Positions 28,479-38,751 of a DNA stretch of 64,000 nt are shown piece by piece. Position 1 is the first letter of the stretch. The number at the start of each line of letters is the position of its first letter. The DNA lies in the NCBI GenBank assembly GCA_963695335.1, contig OY968764.1, positions 832,001 to 896,000 on the forward strand, in the 5' to 3' direction. The position numbers and the translations under genes are program-made. Under the pieces are notes generated by a model. That model searched no databases. It saw only the letters and a program-made list of their open reading frames with translations, and had not been told where the DNA came from. Source of the stretch: an uncultured bacterium (GTDB lineage Bacteria; Babelota; Babeliae; Babelales; Vermiphilaceae).

Positions 28479-30053
28479 TTAAAATGCCGCCCCACCTTTA
28501 AGCCAAAAGCTTGCTTGTCCCATAGTAGTATCAGCGGGTTGGTAAGAGTTCCTTGTATTAATCCCTTCAAATTCAATTTCTGCACCAGCCCCAAAAAATG
28601 GTGTTGCACAATCACAACAATCTGGCCATGAATATGATAAATTTAAGAAAAATTTTTGTGTTACAAGCAATGGTGATGCAGCTGATTTTAAGTTAAGATC
28701 TTTGGTGTTAATGAATACTGGCATTAATCCATCCGGCACTATTTGTTCTGTTTCAAAAATGGTTGCACTACTTTCAGTTGTATTGTTCGGTTGACCTGTG
28801 ATTGGGTTTACAGCAAATTGTACACCTTTTAAGCCATATTTATTGGGTGTAATGCCTTCACGTAATGAAATTTTTTCTCTACTTCTAATCCATCCATTGT
28901 ATCCAATATCAAAAAGAAAATTTTTATACGTGTATCCAAACATAAATACCATATCAACCTGTATATCCACGCGTACATCGCATGCAAGTGTGGTGACGTT
29001 GATTGCGGGAAGCATTCTTTGAGCGAAGACTCCGTCTTCGTCGAATTCTTTAAGAAGGATGTAGCGGCTGAAGAATCCATTTTTACAAAAATCAAATGAG
29101 CGATGTTGTTTTGCTTTGAGCATGTTGGTGAAGTTTGCATCAACCCAAATGATAAGATTTTGTTCATTATCGCTTTCCCACAGTTGATGGTGGCCGGTGA
29201 ACCCAACACCAATTTGCCAATGTTTGCCACAACCTATGCGCGGTTCAAAAAGAAATTCACCTTTGGGGCGTGATCCCGTTGGTGCAGATGCACGGAAATT
29301 GATTCCGGCATGTGATGTTTCTCTATGAATAAAATCGTAACCAAGAACCATTTCTAATGCAGCAAGACCACTGAGCGTTTGTGAGCCACATATTTTCCCA
29401 TACTTTAATTTCTCAACTTCACCAAATGGGTATATGCCGCGCATTGCTTGTGTGTATGAACTGTATGGAGGTGTGACTGCATCTGCTGCCATGTAACCAG
29501 CAGGAAAAGGACTGTTACTTTCATCAATATTTTCTTCAGAAAGTTTGAGATTCCATTTCGTCCACACACCTGGTCCACGGAACTGCATGTATAATCCTGG
29601 AAGCCATTTATTAAGGCCAATATACAGAGCCATATCACATTCAAGATTTTGAATCAGTGGTTTAAAGAATGCATTACTTGCAAATTCAGGAGAAAGACCA
29701 AAGTAATCTGCAAGGAGTTCTTGAGTGCCTTCACGGCCAGGAATTTCACTGCCAGAAAGAGAGAATGTATCAGAATTAAAAAGAGCTAAGGAAATATTTT
29801 TTGGTCTAAGGGATTGGTTGTATTGTGGCGTGAATGCAAGAGCAGAATAATTTTTGTTGGTGTCGTAGCGGTGAATAAAAGGATGCCACCCAACCACGTC
29901 ACGCGCAGCGTTAATATCTTGTGAGCGCGGACTGAAAATAGAAAGACTGCGCAGTTGGTTTACCGCATTAACTTCCGGTTGTTCTGATGAATAAAGGAAT
30001 GATGATGGTAGTGAAGTGAGTAAGAGTACATTTATTATATTTTTTTTCATCAT
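28479..30053 (-). CDS. Putative outer-membrane beta-barrel protein, paralog 1
   Basis: Signal peptide, RSQ, LADYFGL, PTGSRPKGEFLFEP, C-terminal WLKGGAAF. Confidence 0.7.
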   Translation of the reverse strand: MMKKNIINVLLLTSLPSSFLYSSEQPEVNAVNQLRSLSIFSPRSQDINAARDVVGWHPFIHRYDTNKNYSALAFTPQYNQSLRPKNISLALFNSDTFSLSGSEIPGREGTQELLADYFGLSPEFASNAFFKPLIQNLECDMALYIGLNKWLPGLYMQFRGPGVWTKWNLKLSEENIDESNSPFPAGYMAADAVTPPYSSYTQAMRGIYPFGEVEKLKYGKICGSQTLSGLAALEMVLGYDFIHRETSHAGINFRASAPTGSRPKGEFLFEPRIGCGKHWQIGVGFTGHHQLWESDNEQNLIIWVDANFTNMLKAKQHRSFDFCKNGFFSRYILLKEFDEDGVFAQRMLPAINVTTLACDVRVDIQVDMVFMFGYTYKNFLFDIGYNGWIRSREKISLREGITPNKYGLKGVQFAVNPITGQPNNTTESSATIFETEQIVPDGLMPVFINTKDLNLKSAASPLLVTQKFFLNLSYSWPDCCDCATPFFGAGAEIEFEGINTRNSYQPADTTMGQASFWLKGGAAF

Positions 30054-30191
30054 GACAGCTCCTTTTTGTAATCCCCAATTACCATTTTATTTTAATTGGG
30101 GACTTCATTGAAAGAGAATTGATGATGAACTTATTTTCCAGCGCGCTACTTTTTAGTTTTTGGCATCTGTTTCACAAACTCTCAGTATTTA

Positions 30192-30647
30192 TTAATACAT
30201 ACTTTCATCTTGAGTTACAAATTCCGAGGCTTTTAAGCCGTGGTTGTTTTTATCTGATTGTGACGTGGTGTTTATGGGTCTTTGTGGTGATGGAAGTTCT
30301 GGCAATGGTCTTTGTGGCGGTGTGTTGTATTCACTTGTAGAAGAACTCGTTGTTGTAGGTTCCATGTCATTTGGGTGTACTGTGGCATCTATTGGATGAT
30401 GCGTTGATGGAGCGGCTGATGATGGTCTTTGAGGAGGTTGAGTAGAAGAGCTCGTTGTTGTAGGTTCCATGTCCTTTGATTGTACTGTGGTTCTTTTTGG
30501 TTTGGATGATGGAGCTGATGATAATGGCCTTTCAGGGGTGTTAGTATTGGATTGTTTGTTCTGAGTAGGAGAATGAATTGCCATTGGACTCATTGAGCTT
30601 ATGGTACATAATATTATGATTGCAACTATATTTTTAAAACAGTTCAT
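30192..30647 (-). CDS. Secreted Pro/Ser/Thr-rich repeat protein
   Basis: Signal peptide like the 33390 gene; MEPTTTSSST and PPQRP repeats only. Confidence 0.65.
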   Translation of the reverse strand: MNCFKNIVAIIILCTISSMSPMAIHSPTQNKQSNTNTPERPLSSAPSSKPKRTTVQSKDMEPTTTSSSTQPPQRPSSAAPSTHHPIDATVHPNDMEPTTTSSSTSEYNTPPQRPLPELPSPQRPINTTSQSDKNNHGLKASEFVTQDESMY

Positions 30648-30663
30648 GAAAATCCCTTATTAT

Positions 30664-33390
30664 TTATTTGTGCATCTCTTTTACAAATTCACTCAACTCT
30701 TTTTTCACCGCAGTATCTTTGAGTGATGGTTGTTGCGTATCAATTTTTTTATCAATCAATTGTGCAATAGATTCCAGAGTTATTGGTTGTTTGAGTTTTT
30801 TAATCTCTTGCGATGTTAAAAATTTCTTACTGAGATAATTCATATCCGTTGTTGGTGCAAAGTTAAGAGAGTAAATGAATTTCGCCAGATGAGGATCTTC
30901 AAAGTTATTGATTTCTGTTTCGCATTGATACATATTTCCATTGAATTCAAAAGCGACTTCTAAATGTGCGCGTATAGTCTGTCCAGGAATATGTTTTATC
31001 TGAATAATAAGATTGTTGATGACATTGGTGGCACTTTGTTTGATAGATATACCAGTTACCTTTTTTACTATAAATGTTTGTGGATGAATGCGAGCATTGA
31101 AAGATATAAAGTTAAAGATGAGTGCCTGTAATGGATTTTCAAAACTTATTTCTTTAAATAGGTGAATTGCTTCATGAGATGGATTAATGAGGGCAGGCGT
31201 TGGTGATATTATTGCACAATGCATATTTTTACCAAAATTAAGTGAAGCGTTGATACGCGATGGAGTAATGGTAATAAGGTCAATATTTGTATCACTCAGA
31301 TCTATTGGTCTGTTTTCAATTTCATGAGCTTTAATGAGTGTGTTGGTTATATTTTTTGTTTTTTTACCAAGGGACAGTGCACCAAAAACACCAACACCAG
31401 GAAAACGAATAAAGGGTTGATTTTGTGGATTCATAGCAGGGACAATAGCACTCAGAACATAAGCAAATGGCTCTTGTTCTGTTTTATCTTTTTTTGTTTC
31501 CACAAACGTTTCTGGTCTATCAATAAATATTTTTAAAACTTTGAAGAATGCAGAGAATGGTTTTTTTGATACTACCGTATACGGTGCTTTTGAGTTGAAT
31601 GTTAAGATTAAATGTGGTCCCTGGGTTGGTCTTTCATCCAACCCTTGGGTTGAAACAATAAAATTAACATTAAGTGATGAGAGTGTTTCATTAACAAAAG
31701 TTTGCTTGTATCCACCATCAAGACAACTTGTATAATGTACGTAATACATATATAAGTTGTGGTCAAAGAATGTCATGAGAGATGAAAAATCATCCATTGT
31801 GGTTCCTGCAATGTTCGCTTGTCCTATTACAAGTTGTGAGTCTGGCCAATCTGATTTCCCTTGTAATATTTTTTCGTATTTTTTAATGTTTTCTTCAGCG
31901 ATAATTATATTTTGTTGAGCATCATGGTGTTTTCTATTGTTTTGTAATGCTTCCTGATAAAAAGCAAGATTTTGTTGGTTGATATCTAATTGTTCACGAA
32001 TAGAACCTATCGATTGGTAATACGCTCCTCCATGCCCTCCAAGATATATAATCCATGGTATAACTTCTGCTGGTGTGATTAGTTCCCCATTGCTTTTTTG
32101 TGGGATAAAGAGTGATATGAGGTTATGTATGAATGTAGTTTTATGTTGAGATGTTTCTTGTATTTTGAGTTGTAGCAGAAGATTTTCGGCGCTTAAATTA
32201 TCAATTGGAGTGGTCATTGCTGGATTAAATCCGCATTTTTTTGCTTGATCTTGCAAGTTAAACTGAGAAGCATCTTCTATATTGTCTATAATGTACTGTT
32301 GAGGAATAACGAGTACTAAATCTTCTGATCTATGGAAATAAAAGGTGAAGTGTTTGCTATCAAAATCAATTAAGCTCAGAATAATTAAATGTAATGGATT
32401 TTCATGTAGCTTATATGATGTCAGTAGTTTCTGGGCAAATGGGTCCGATTGGTTGCTGTTTCGTAACATCTGTAAATTATTTTCGCCGATTGTGTGTCTT
32501 AGATGAGTAATGATTCCCAAGATATTGCTGGACATTATTATGGGGGCGGCTTGCTCATAGAGTGCAAGTAGTGCATCTTGCACCAGAAGTCGTGCTGATC
32601 CCTGTAAGGTTTCTTCTTTTTCTGGATCAAGTAACATAATCAGGTCATGAGTTGTAAAATGTTTTTGTGTACGCTCTATAATAGATTTTTTTTCCTTTAC
32701 TTGCTTGCCCTTTGTAGCTTCACCGTGTCCTCCGAAGCTTTCAGCGAAGGATGGAGCGGAGTAGGGTTCATCTTTTTTGTTATTGCCTGTTGGGGTCATA
32801 TAAATCATTGCCACAGCTTCTAAAAGAGCTGTAGTGTCTTCATCAGAAAGATGTTGTGCTCTTATAAATTCAATAAATGGGTGAGTGAATGTATTATTGA
32901 TCAATATATCATGATCAGACATTGTGGCTGTTATGTAATCCAGTACTTCGGCATATCTACTTGATTGTTTGCTTTGAGTAGAGGAGCTGGCTGTTGTGGA
33001 TTCCATGAGGGGTGGAAGTGCTGGCAATGTTCTTTGAGGTGGCAAACTATTGAAGGGTCTGTTTTGAGTACTGGAACTCGTTGTTGTGGGTTCCTTTTGG
33101 TGTGGTTTTGATGGAGGTGTTGGTAATGCTCTTTTTGTTGATGGATTGTTGTATTGTATGTCTTGAATAGAAGAACTGGCTGTTGTAGATTCCAGTGGAG
33201 CTGGAAGTGCTGCTCGTGGTCTTTGCGGTGGATTTGTATGTAATGGTCTATTTTGAGCAGATGCACTCGTTGTTGGTCTCATCACTGGGCTCGGTTTTGA
33301 TGGACGTGCTGGCTTTTCGGGCTCCATTGAGTTAATTGAGGTTATGCACAGTAGTGCTATAGTGACAAGCATATTTTTAAGATAATTCAT
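30664..33390 (-). CDS. Secreted protein, PST repeats plus putative caspase-fold (clan CD) protease domain
   Basis: WIIYLGGHGG and YVHYTSCLDGG; paralog of 33421-35556. Confidence 0.65.
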   Translation of the reverse strand: MNYLKNMLVTIALLCITSINSMEPEKPARPSKPSPVMRPTTSASAQNRPLHTNPPQRPRAALPAPLESTTASSSIQDIQYNNPSTKRALPTPPSKPHQKEPTTTSSSTQNRPFNSLPPQRTLPALPPLMESTTASSSTQSKQSSRYAEVLDYITATMSDHDILINNTFTHPFIEFIRAQHLSDEDTTALLEAVAMIYMTPTGNNKKDEPYSAPSFAESFGGHGEATKGKQVKEKKSIIERTQKHFTTHDLIMLLDPEKEETLQGSARLLVQDALLALYEQAAPIIMSSNILGIITHLRHTIGENNLQMLRNSNQSDPFAQKLLTSYKLHENPLHLIILSLIDFDSKHFTFYFHRSEDLVLVIPQQYIIDNIEDASQFNLQDQAKKCGFNPAMTTPIDNLSAENLLLQLKIQETSQHKTTFIHNLISLFIPQKSNGELITPAEVIPWIIYLGGHGGAYYQSIGSIREQLDINQQNLAFYQEALQNNRKHHDAQQNIIIAEENIKKYEKILQGKSDWPDSQLVIGQANIAGTTMDDFSSLMTFFDHNLYMYYVHYTSCLDGGYKQTFVNETLSSLNVNFIVSTQGLDERPTQGPHLILTFNSKAPYTVVSKKPFSAFFKVLKIFIDRPETFVETKKDKTEQEPFAYVLSAIVPAMNPQNQPFIRFPGVGVFGALSLGKKTKNITNTLIKAHEIENRPIDLSDTNIDLITITPSRINASLNFGKNMHCAIISPTPALINPSHEAIHLFKEISFENPLQALIFNFISFNARIHPQTFIVKKVTGISIKQSATNVINNLIIQIKHIPGQTIRAHLEVAFEFNGNMYQCETEINNFEDPHLAKFIYSLNFAPTTDMNYLSKKFLTSQEIKKLKQPITLESIAQLIDKKIDTQQPSLKDTAVKKELSEFVKEMHK
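32704..32766 (-). repeat. Family B nested in family B, in frame (63 bp)
   Basis: CTTGCCCTTTGTAGCTTCA[CCGTGTCCTCCGAAGCTTTCAGCGAAGGATGG]AGCGGAGTAGGG. Confidence 0.75.
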
Positions 33391-33420
33391 AAAAATCCTT
33401 AGTTTGTTAAATATTATTTT

Positions 33421-35556
33421 TTAGATTTTTGCATCAATAAACTGTGCAATAGCATCCAAATTGTTTGGTTTAAGTTTGGCAACCTCTTGTGGGGTCAAAA
33501 ATTGTTGGGCAATGGAATTGATGTTAGTTGGCGAAAAAGAGATTTTTTGCATATTTTTGAGTATCTCATTAAGATCGTCAAATGTTTTTATGGCTACTGA
33601 ATATTGATATACATTTTTATTCAACTCAAAAGCAACATGCACATTTGCACCTAACTTAGCAATTGGAATATCATGTGATTGTAAAGGTTGAGTTTGTACT
33701 GATGGTTTAGGTGAAGCTCCAGGACCTGTGCCCATCATGCCATCTATTTTAATGATGAGATTGTTTATGTTCCCTTCTTGTGTTTGTAATTTTTTAACAA
33801 CAAAAAGTTGTGTATGCATTTTTGGATTAAGACGTACAAAATTAAAAATCAATTCTTGTAGTTGAATATTCCAACTGATTTCTTTAAAGACGCGACCTGT
33901 TTGGCGAGATTGAGTCATCACTGTGGGAGTTACGATTGCGCAATCGGTATTGTCACCAATATTTATTGCAACATTAATTCGCAATGGATTTACCATAATA
34001 ATACCAATATCTTTATTACTCATATCTATGGGTCGGTGTTCAGCTTCATGCTTTTTTATTATTCTTTCTGATAAGACTTCTGTATTTTTACTGATAGAAA
34101 GAGCACCAAACACACCTTTTCCCGGAAAGCGCACAAATGGTTGGTTATTTTCAGTTTCATGGGGATTAAGAGCACGTATAATTTTTGCAACGGGTTCTTT
34201 TTTCCCTTCTTTTATTTTTATAAACTCTTTTGGTTGACCAATGTAATGTCTGAGTAACTTAAAGAAGTCAGTAAAAGGGTGATACTGTAATTGTATATAA
34301 GGTTGTATGGAACTAAATCGCATAGATAATGGTATTCCTGTTGTTTCTTTTTCACCTAATCCTTCTGATGATACAATAAAATCAACGTCTAATGATGAGA
34401 GTATATCGTTCACAAACAGTTGATTATACCCACCAGAAAAACAGGTTGTATAATGGAGATAGGCAACATTAAGGTTTTCATCAAAAAAGTGCATTAATTG
34501 TGAAAATTCTTGTAATGATATTCCCACAACATTGCCTTTTTCTGGTACAACTTGATACGTATTACCAACAACAAGATAGGTTGGCCCACCATGTCCAGAG
34601 ATGTATTCATCCCATTCAGTATCTTGCTCTGGAGAAATTAATTTTCCATATTTTTTTTGAGGAATAAACAGTGCCGTTAGGTTATCGATAAATTTACTTG
34701 GACCTATAGTTTGTTGCCTGTCCTCCGTAGCCTTGGCGTAGGAGGGCTGAGTTTTTAATTGCTGCAGAAGATTTTCAGGGGTTGTATTGGTAACTCTTGT
34801 AACAATGTTTGAATGAAAACCACATGCTTTGAGTTCATCTTCTGAGCTGAACGATGGGCTGTTAGAAAAGCTGGTACTCATATAACGTTCTGGAATCACT
34901 AATACTAAATGATCTGTTTTGTGGAAGTAATAGTGTAAACTTTTATCATCAAAATTAATAAGACTCATTAAAATAACTGTTAATACTGATTCATTGATAT
35001 TGTATTGTTGCACAAGTTGTTGAGCAAATTGCTGTACCGTATTATAGGAACTGTTACGTAATTTTTGAAAATTTTGTTCACCTATTCTTTGTCTGATGAT
35101 GGTAATAATTTCTAAAATATTACTGCTCATGATAATTGGTGCTGCTTGTTCGTAGAATCCCATGAGAGCATTATTCACCATGGCGTTACCACCACGATTG
35201 ATTGTTTCTACTTTCTTTGGATCAAGGAGCATGATGAGGTTATGCGTTGGAGGGTATGCTTTTATTGAAGAAGGTTGTTTAGTTTCTTTTTTTTCAGGAG
35301 CTTTTTGTACTGGTTGTTTAATGATTGTTGGTTTTTGAGGTTGAATTATTTTTTTTTCTGCTGATGGTTTTGGGGAGATTAGTTTTTGCTGAGGTTGTAT
35401 TACAGGTTTTGGCTGAGGTATGGGTTGAGTTGATGGCTGTGGTTGCATTTGAGATCTATTAGGTTGCGCTGTTGGTACTGATTTTTTCATTTGTTTTGCA
35501 TGTGTAAATTGTATGCAAAACAATGACGTGAGAATAATGTTTTTTAATAGCTTCAT
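33421..35556 (-). CDS. Secreted protein, P/Q-rich linker plus putative clan CD protease domain
   Basis: EYISGHGG and YLHYTTCFSGG; shares LIMLLDP, YEQAAPIIMSSNIL, NQPFxRFPGxGVFGALS with its paralog. Confidence 0.65.
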   Translation of the reverse strand: MKLLKNIILTSLFCIQFTHAKQMKKSVPTAQPNRSQMQPQPSTQPIPQPKPVIQPQQKLISPKPSAEKKIIQPQKPTIIKQPVQKAPEKKETKQPSSIKAYPPTHNLIMLLDPKKVETINRGGNAMVNNALMGFYEQAAPIIMSSNILEIITIIRQRIGEQNFQKLRNSSYNTVQQFAQQLVQQYNINESVLTVILMSLINFDDKSLHYYFHKTDHLVLVIPERYMSTSFSNSPSFSSEDELKACGFHSNIVTRVTNTTPENLLQQLKTQPSYAKATEDRQQTIGPSKFIDNLTALFIPQKKYGKLISPEQDTEWDEYISGHGGPTYLVVGNTYQVVPEKGNVVGISLQEFSQLMHFFDENLNVAYLHYTTCFSGGYNQLFVNDILSSLDVDFIVSSEGLGEKETTGIPLSMRFSSIQPYIQLQYHPFTDFFKLLRHYIGQPKEFIKIKEGKKEPVAKIIRALNPHETENNQPFVRFPGKGVFGALSISKNTEVLSERIIKKHEAEHRPIDMSNKDIGIIMVNPLRINVAINIGDNTDCAIVTPTVMTQSRQTGRVFKEISWNIQLQELIFNFVRLNPKMHTQLFVVKKLQTQEGNINNLIIKIDGMMGTGPGASPKPSVQTQPLQSHDIPIAKLGANVHVAFELNKNVYQYSVAIKTFDDLNEILKNMQKISFSPTNINSIAQQFLTPQEVAKLKPNNLDAIAQFIDAKI
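34717..34746 (-). repeat. Family B 30-bp palindrome in frame
   Basis: 29/30 identical to the ftsK copy; encodes PSYAKATEDR, absent from the paralog. Confidence 0.9.
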
Positions 35557-35582
35557 GTAAAAATCCTTTTTTTAAATTTTAA

Positions 35583-36593
35583 CTATTTTTGTAATATCTT
35601 TTTCATGTAATATTGTTCCATCCCATGCATTTTCTGGACATTAGGAGCAACGGCTACCATTTTAAATCCACATTTTTCATAAAAAGGTTTTGCTTGCCAT
35701 TCATAAGTTTCGAGATGGATGTTTTTACACTTTTTATTTGTGGCGTAAGTGCTTACTTCATCCATAATTTTTTTTCCTAAACCTTTGTTTCTATGATTTT
35801 CATCAACCCATACAGTAGATACTTTGCATGATTTTCCTATATGTTTGTATCCAAGTATGTGGCCAATAGCACCAGCAATAATTTTGTCTTTATTTGATGT
35901 AACAAAAATAGTATAAGGTTGTTCAGATATGATAGAACAGGCTTCATTAGTAGAGTTATGTATGTGTTTGTCGATGGCATTACTATGTTTATTGCGAGAT
36001 GTTTTTAATCGTGTTTTATAGGGAATGGGGGATGATTTTACAATAATACGTTTATCTAGAGGTAATCTCATAATGTATGTTTCTATATTTCCTAGCTCCG
36101 GAACAGTTGCATCAGCAACAAACCCAATTGTTTCATAAAACTTTTTTGCCTCACTGTTATTGTGTATGCCATGAACTTCTGTTTGGATTATAGAGCATTT
36201 TTTATGTGTAACATAATCAAGTAATCTGTTCATGATATATGTATCTAGATTTTTATGTTTATACTGTTTATCTACCCATATACCATTGAGTTCACAAACT
36301 TCTCCAATAGCAGGAGATCTGCAAATATCACAGGTTGCTCCAGCAATCGCTTTTTTATGTTTATCTTTTACAACAATTGTACAATGATCAAATTTTATGA
36401 TGCCTGTTTTTTCGGTATTAAATGAATCAAGCCCATTTACAATAGGATCGTTGATCTTTGGATCCTTAGATTCAGTGAGGTAGATTTTGTAGTTATTAAA
36501 TTGATGCAAGGGATAAGCATCTGTTTTTTTTATTGATGCGATTGAGCATAAAAAAGAACAACTGAGAGTAATAAGAACTATTCGTACTATCAT
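35583..36593 (-). CDS. Secreted tandem GNAT acetyltransferase
   Basis: Two GNAT domains: IWVDKQYKHK...FYETIGF and VWVDENHRNKGLG...FYEKCGF. Confidence 0.85.
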   Translation of the reverse strand: MIVRIVLITLSCSFLCSIASIKKTDAYPLHQFNNYKIYLTESKDPKINDPIVNGLDSFNTEKTGIIKFDHCTIVVKDKHKKAIAGATCDICRSPAIGEVCELNGIWVDKQYKHKNLDTYIMNRLLDYVTHKKCSIIQTEVHGIHNNSEAKKFYETIGFVADATVPELGNIETYIMRLPLDKRIIVKSSPIPYKTRLKTSRNKHSNAIDKHIHNSTNEACSIISEQPYTIFVTSNKDKIIAGAIGHILGYKHIGKSCKVSTVWVDENHRNKGLGKKIMDEVSTYATNKKCKNIHLETYEWQAKPFYEKCGFKMVAVAPNVQKMHGMEQYYMKKILQK

Positions 36594-36666
36594 AACTGCC
36601 CCCCCTAGCAATGAAAGTATTGATAGTATTAATGTATCTTAATTAAATTGCTGCTTGCAAGAACTG

Positions 36667-38676
36667 TTACCAGCAAACACTACCTTTAAGCCATACACCC
36701 CAGTTTGAAAGTGCGCAGTTAATACATTTATCGTCACCAATCACCGGAGGCAGACCTGCTTGTCTGCCAAATTCAATTTCAGATCCAAATCCAATATGTG
36801 ATTCTGCGCGGCCATAGGTGTGAATGTGGTGATCAAAATGAGTGAATAGTTTGTGTGAAAATCCGCTTGTGGCAGCACTATTAAGATCAAGATCATGTAT
36901 GCTGATAAGAACTGGTTGGATTGATGTATTTATCTGGTTTGTGATAGTTATATCTTGAGGCGAAGCCACTAGATATTGATTGTTGCCAGCAAATGCTGGT
37001 TCTGGAAAATCTATATTAGGATTGCGTTGAGCGGTTTGTATTTGGATATTGCGTTCTGCTTCATTTGAGCTAACGCCTTGTTTTGGTAAATTTTTTCCAT
37101 AATTGATAGTTGCTTGTGATTCTGTTGCAGAAAGTGGTACTGCGGTTCCGATTGGTAAATCGGAAGAGTTAGAAGATTCCCCGACAAAACCATAAACCTG
37201 GGCATCGCCTTTGATTGCCCAGCTGTTTTCTGGAAAATTTTCACAATGTTTGAGTGATATATTTTCACATCCACGCTTCCAGGCATCATAACCGATTGTC
37301 CAATAATTACGATTGTGAGTATATGAAAGGCTTAAAGCAATATCAGCTTGTACATTGATGCTTACAACAATGTCTTGTGTAGTAAAGTTAACGATAGAAC
37401 TGACTTCATGATCGAATTGGGCGATTGGAATATTACCGTTGCCTGTTAAATTATCACTGATAATAGGTGTCATTTTTTCTGCAAGCATGTAACGGCTATT
37501 TGGTTTTCCTTTTAAATCAAATGCTCGTCGTTGAGAACTTTTAAACATATGATTAACGGTGATATCTGCAAAGCAATCAACTTTTTGATCTTGTGTGCTA
37601 TTTTCCCATGCAACTGCATGCGCAGTGATGCCAATGCCTAATTCATAGTGATGTCCATTACCAACAATTGGTTCAAATAAAAATTTTCCGTGTGGACGGT
37701 TTCCCAGTGGTATAGCCAATTGCGTTTTTATACCAACATGATGAAGATCGTGTATAAACCAATCATATCCAAGGTTTGTACGTAATTCAGCAAAGTGTAC
37801 CGCACGGCGTGCACAGAGTGCCATTTTACCTTGTGTGAGTGGTTGAAAGGTAAGATCACTAATATTTGGTACGCTATATCCAGCAATATACTGGCTAAAG
37901 CATTTCAAAAGATCTGATCGTTCAACTCCGTTTGGATTAAAGTAACCAGGAGCATAACCATTTATTCCTGAATTAATGACCGCTTCTCCTATATCAAGTT
38001 TCCAGTTGGTGTAAACAAGTGGTAAAAATATTTCTACATATAATCCTTTTACAATATTATTAAATCCCCAAAAAGATTGTGCTTCAACAATAACGTTATT
38101 AACGCGTGGCCGAAAACGTACAACGCTACTAAAATCTGTTGGTAAACCAAAATAATCTGCAAGCCAATCTTGTTGGGCTGATCGGTGTTCTGTTTGACTT
38201 CCAGATACTATAATAAAATCTTTCCATTCGGTGTCGTCACCATCTTTTCTGACAATATCTTGCCCAAATAAACATTGGTTGATCCGTTCGGGGCGGAATG
38301 ATGTTGTTGTTTCTAATACAAATCCGTATGTGCTGTATAACTTGTTTTGCGTGGGAATGTGAGTGATTGTATCCCAACCTGATATAAAACGTGGGGTATC
38401 AAAACCCTGTGAGCGTGGTGAAATAAAAGAGATGACTTGTGTATTTTGTGCGTGGGTGATGATAAATGTAAAAAGAAATAAACCTCCTGCGCTCATCCTG
38501 AGCTCGTCGAAGGATTTCTTTGAGCGCTCGAAGATATCCTTCAACAAGTTCAGGATGAGCGCAAGAGAAGATACAATTAAGGAAGTGGTTGATTTTTTCC
38601 GCTCGTCCTGAGTGTTTTTGTCTTCAAAAATGTATCGAAGGATTTGAGCGGTCTTGAAATAAATTTTCTTATTCAT
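36667..38676 (-). CDS. Putative outer-membrane beta-barrel protein, paralog 2 (leader interrupted by repeats)
   Basis: RSQ, WLADYFGLPTDF, PLGNRPHGKFLFEPIVGNGHHYELG, WGVWLKGSVCW. Confidence 0.7.
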   Translation of the reverse strand: MNKKIYFKTAQILRYIFEDKNTQDERKKSTTSLIVSSLALILNLLKDIFERSKKSFDELRMSAGGLFLFTFIITHAQNTQVISFISPRSQGFDTPRFISGWDTITHIPTQNKLYSTYGFVLETTTSFRPERINQCLFGQDIVRKDGDDTEWKDFIIVSGSQTEHRSAQQDWLADYFGLPTDFSSVVRFRPRVNNVIVEAQSFWGFNNIVKGLYVEIFLPLVYTNWKLDIGEAVINSGINGYAPGYFNPNGVERSDLLKCFSQYIAGYSVPNISDLTFQPLTQGKMALCARRAVHFAELRTNLGYDWFIHDLHHVGIKTQLAIPLGNRPHGKFLFEPIVGNGHHYELGIGITAHAVAWENSTQDQKVDCFADITVNHMFKSSQRRAFDLKGKPNSRYMLAEKMTPIISDNLTGNGNIPIAQFDHEVSSIVNFTTQDIVVSINVQADIALSLSYTHNRNYWTIGYDAWKRGCENISLKHCENFPENSWAIKGDAQVYGFVGESSNSSDLPIGTAVPLSATESQATINYGKNLPKQGVSSNEAERNIQIQTAQRNPNIDFPEPAFAGNNQYLVASPQDITITNQINTSIQPVLISIHDLDLNSAATSGFSHKLFTHFDHHIHTYGRAESHIGFGSEIEFGRQAGLPPVIGDDKCINCALSNWGVWLKGSVCW
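38488..38651. repeat. Family A repeats in frame in signal-peptide region
   Basis: Inverted pair 38488-38563 plus single copy 38599-38651 (the latter resembles the reverse complement of 19252-19304). Confidence 0.85.
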
Positions 38677-38697
38677 AAGTACATGCTATTTTATTTG

Positions 38698-38734
38698 TGC
38701 GCTTTAATCCTTCAACAAGTTCAGGATGAGCGCA
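38698..38734. repeat. Family A repeat, intergenic
   Basis: TGCGCTTTAATCCTTCAACAAGTTCAGGATGAGCGCA. Confidence 0.8.
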
Positions 38735-38751
38735 GGAAATTAATGTATTGT

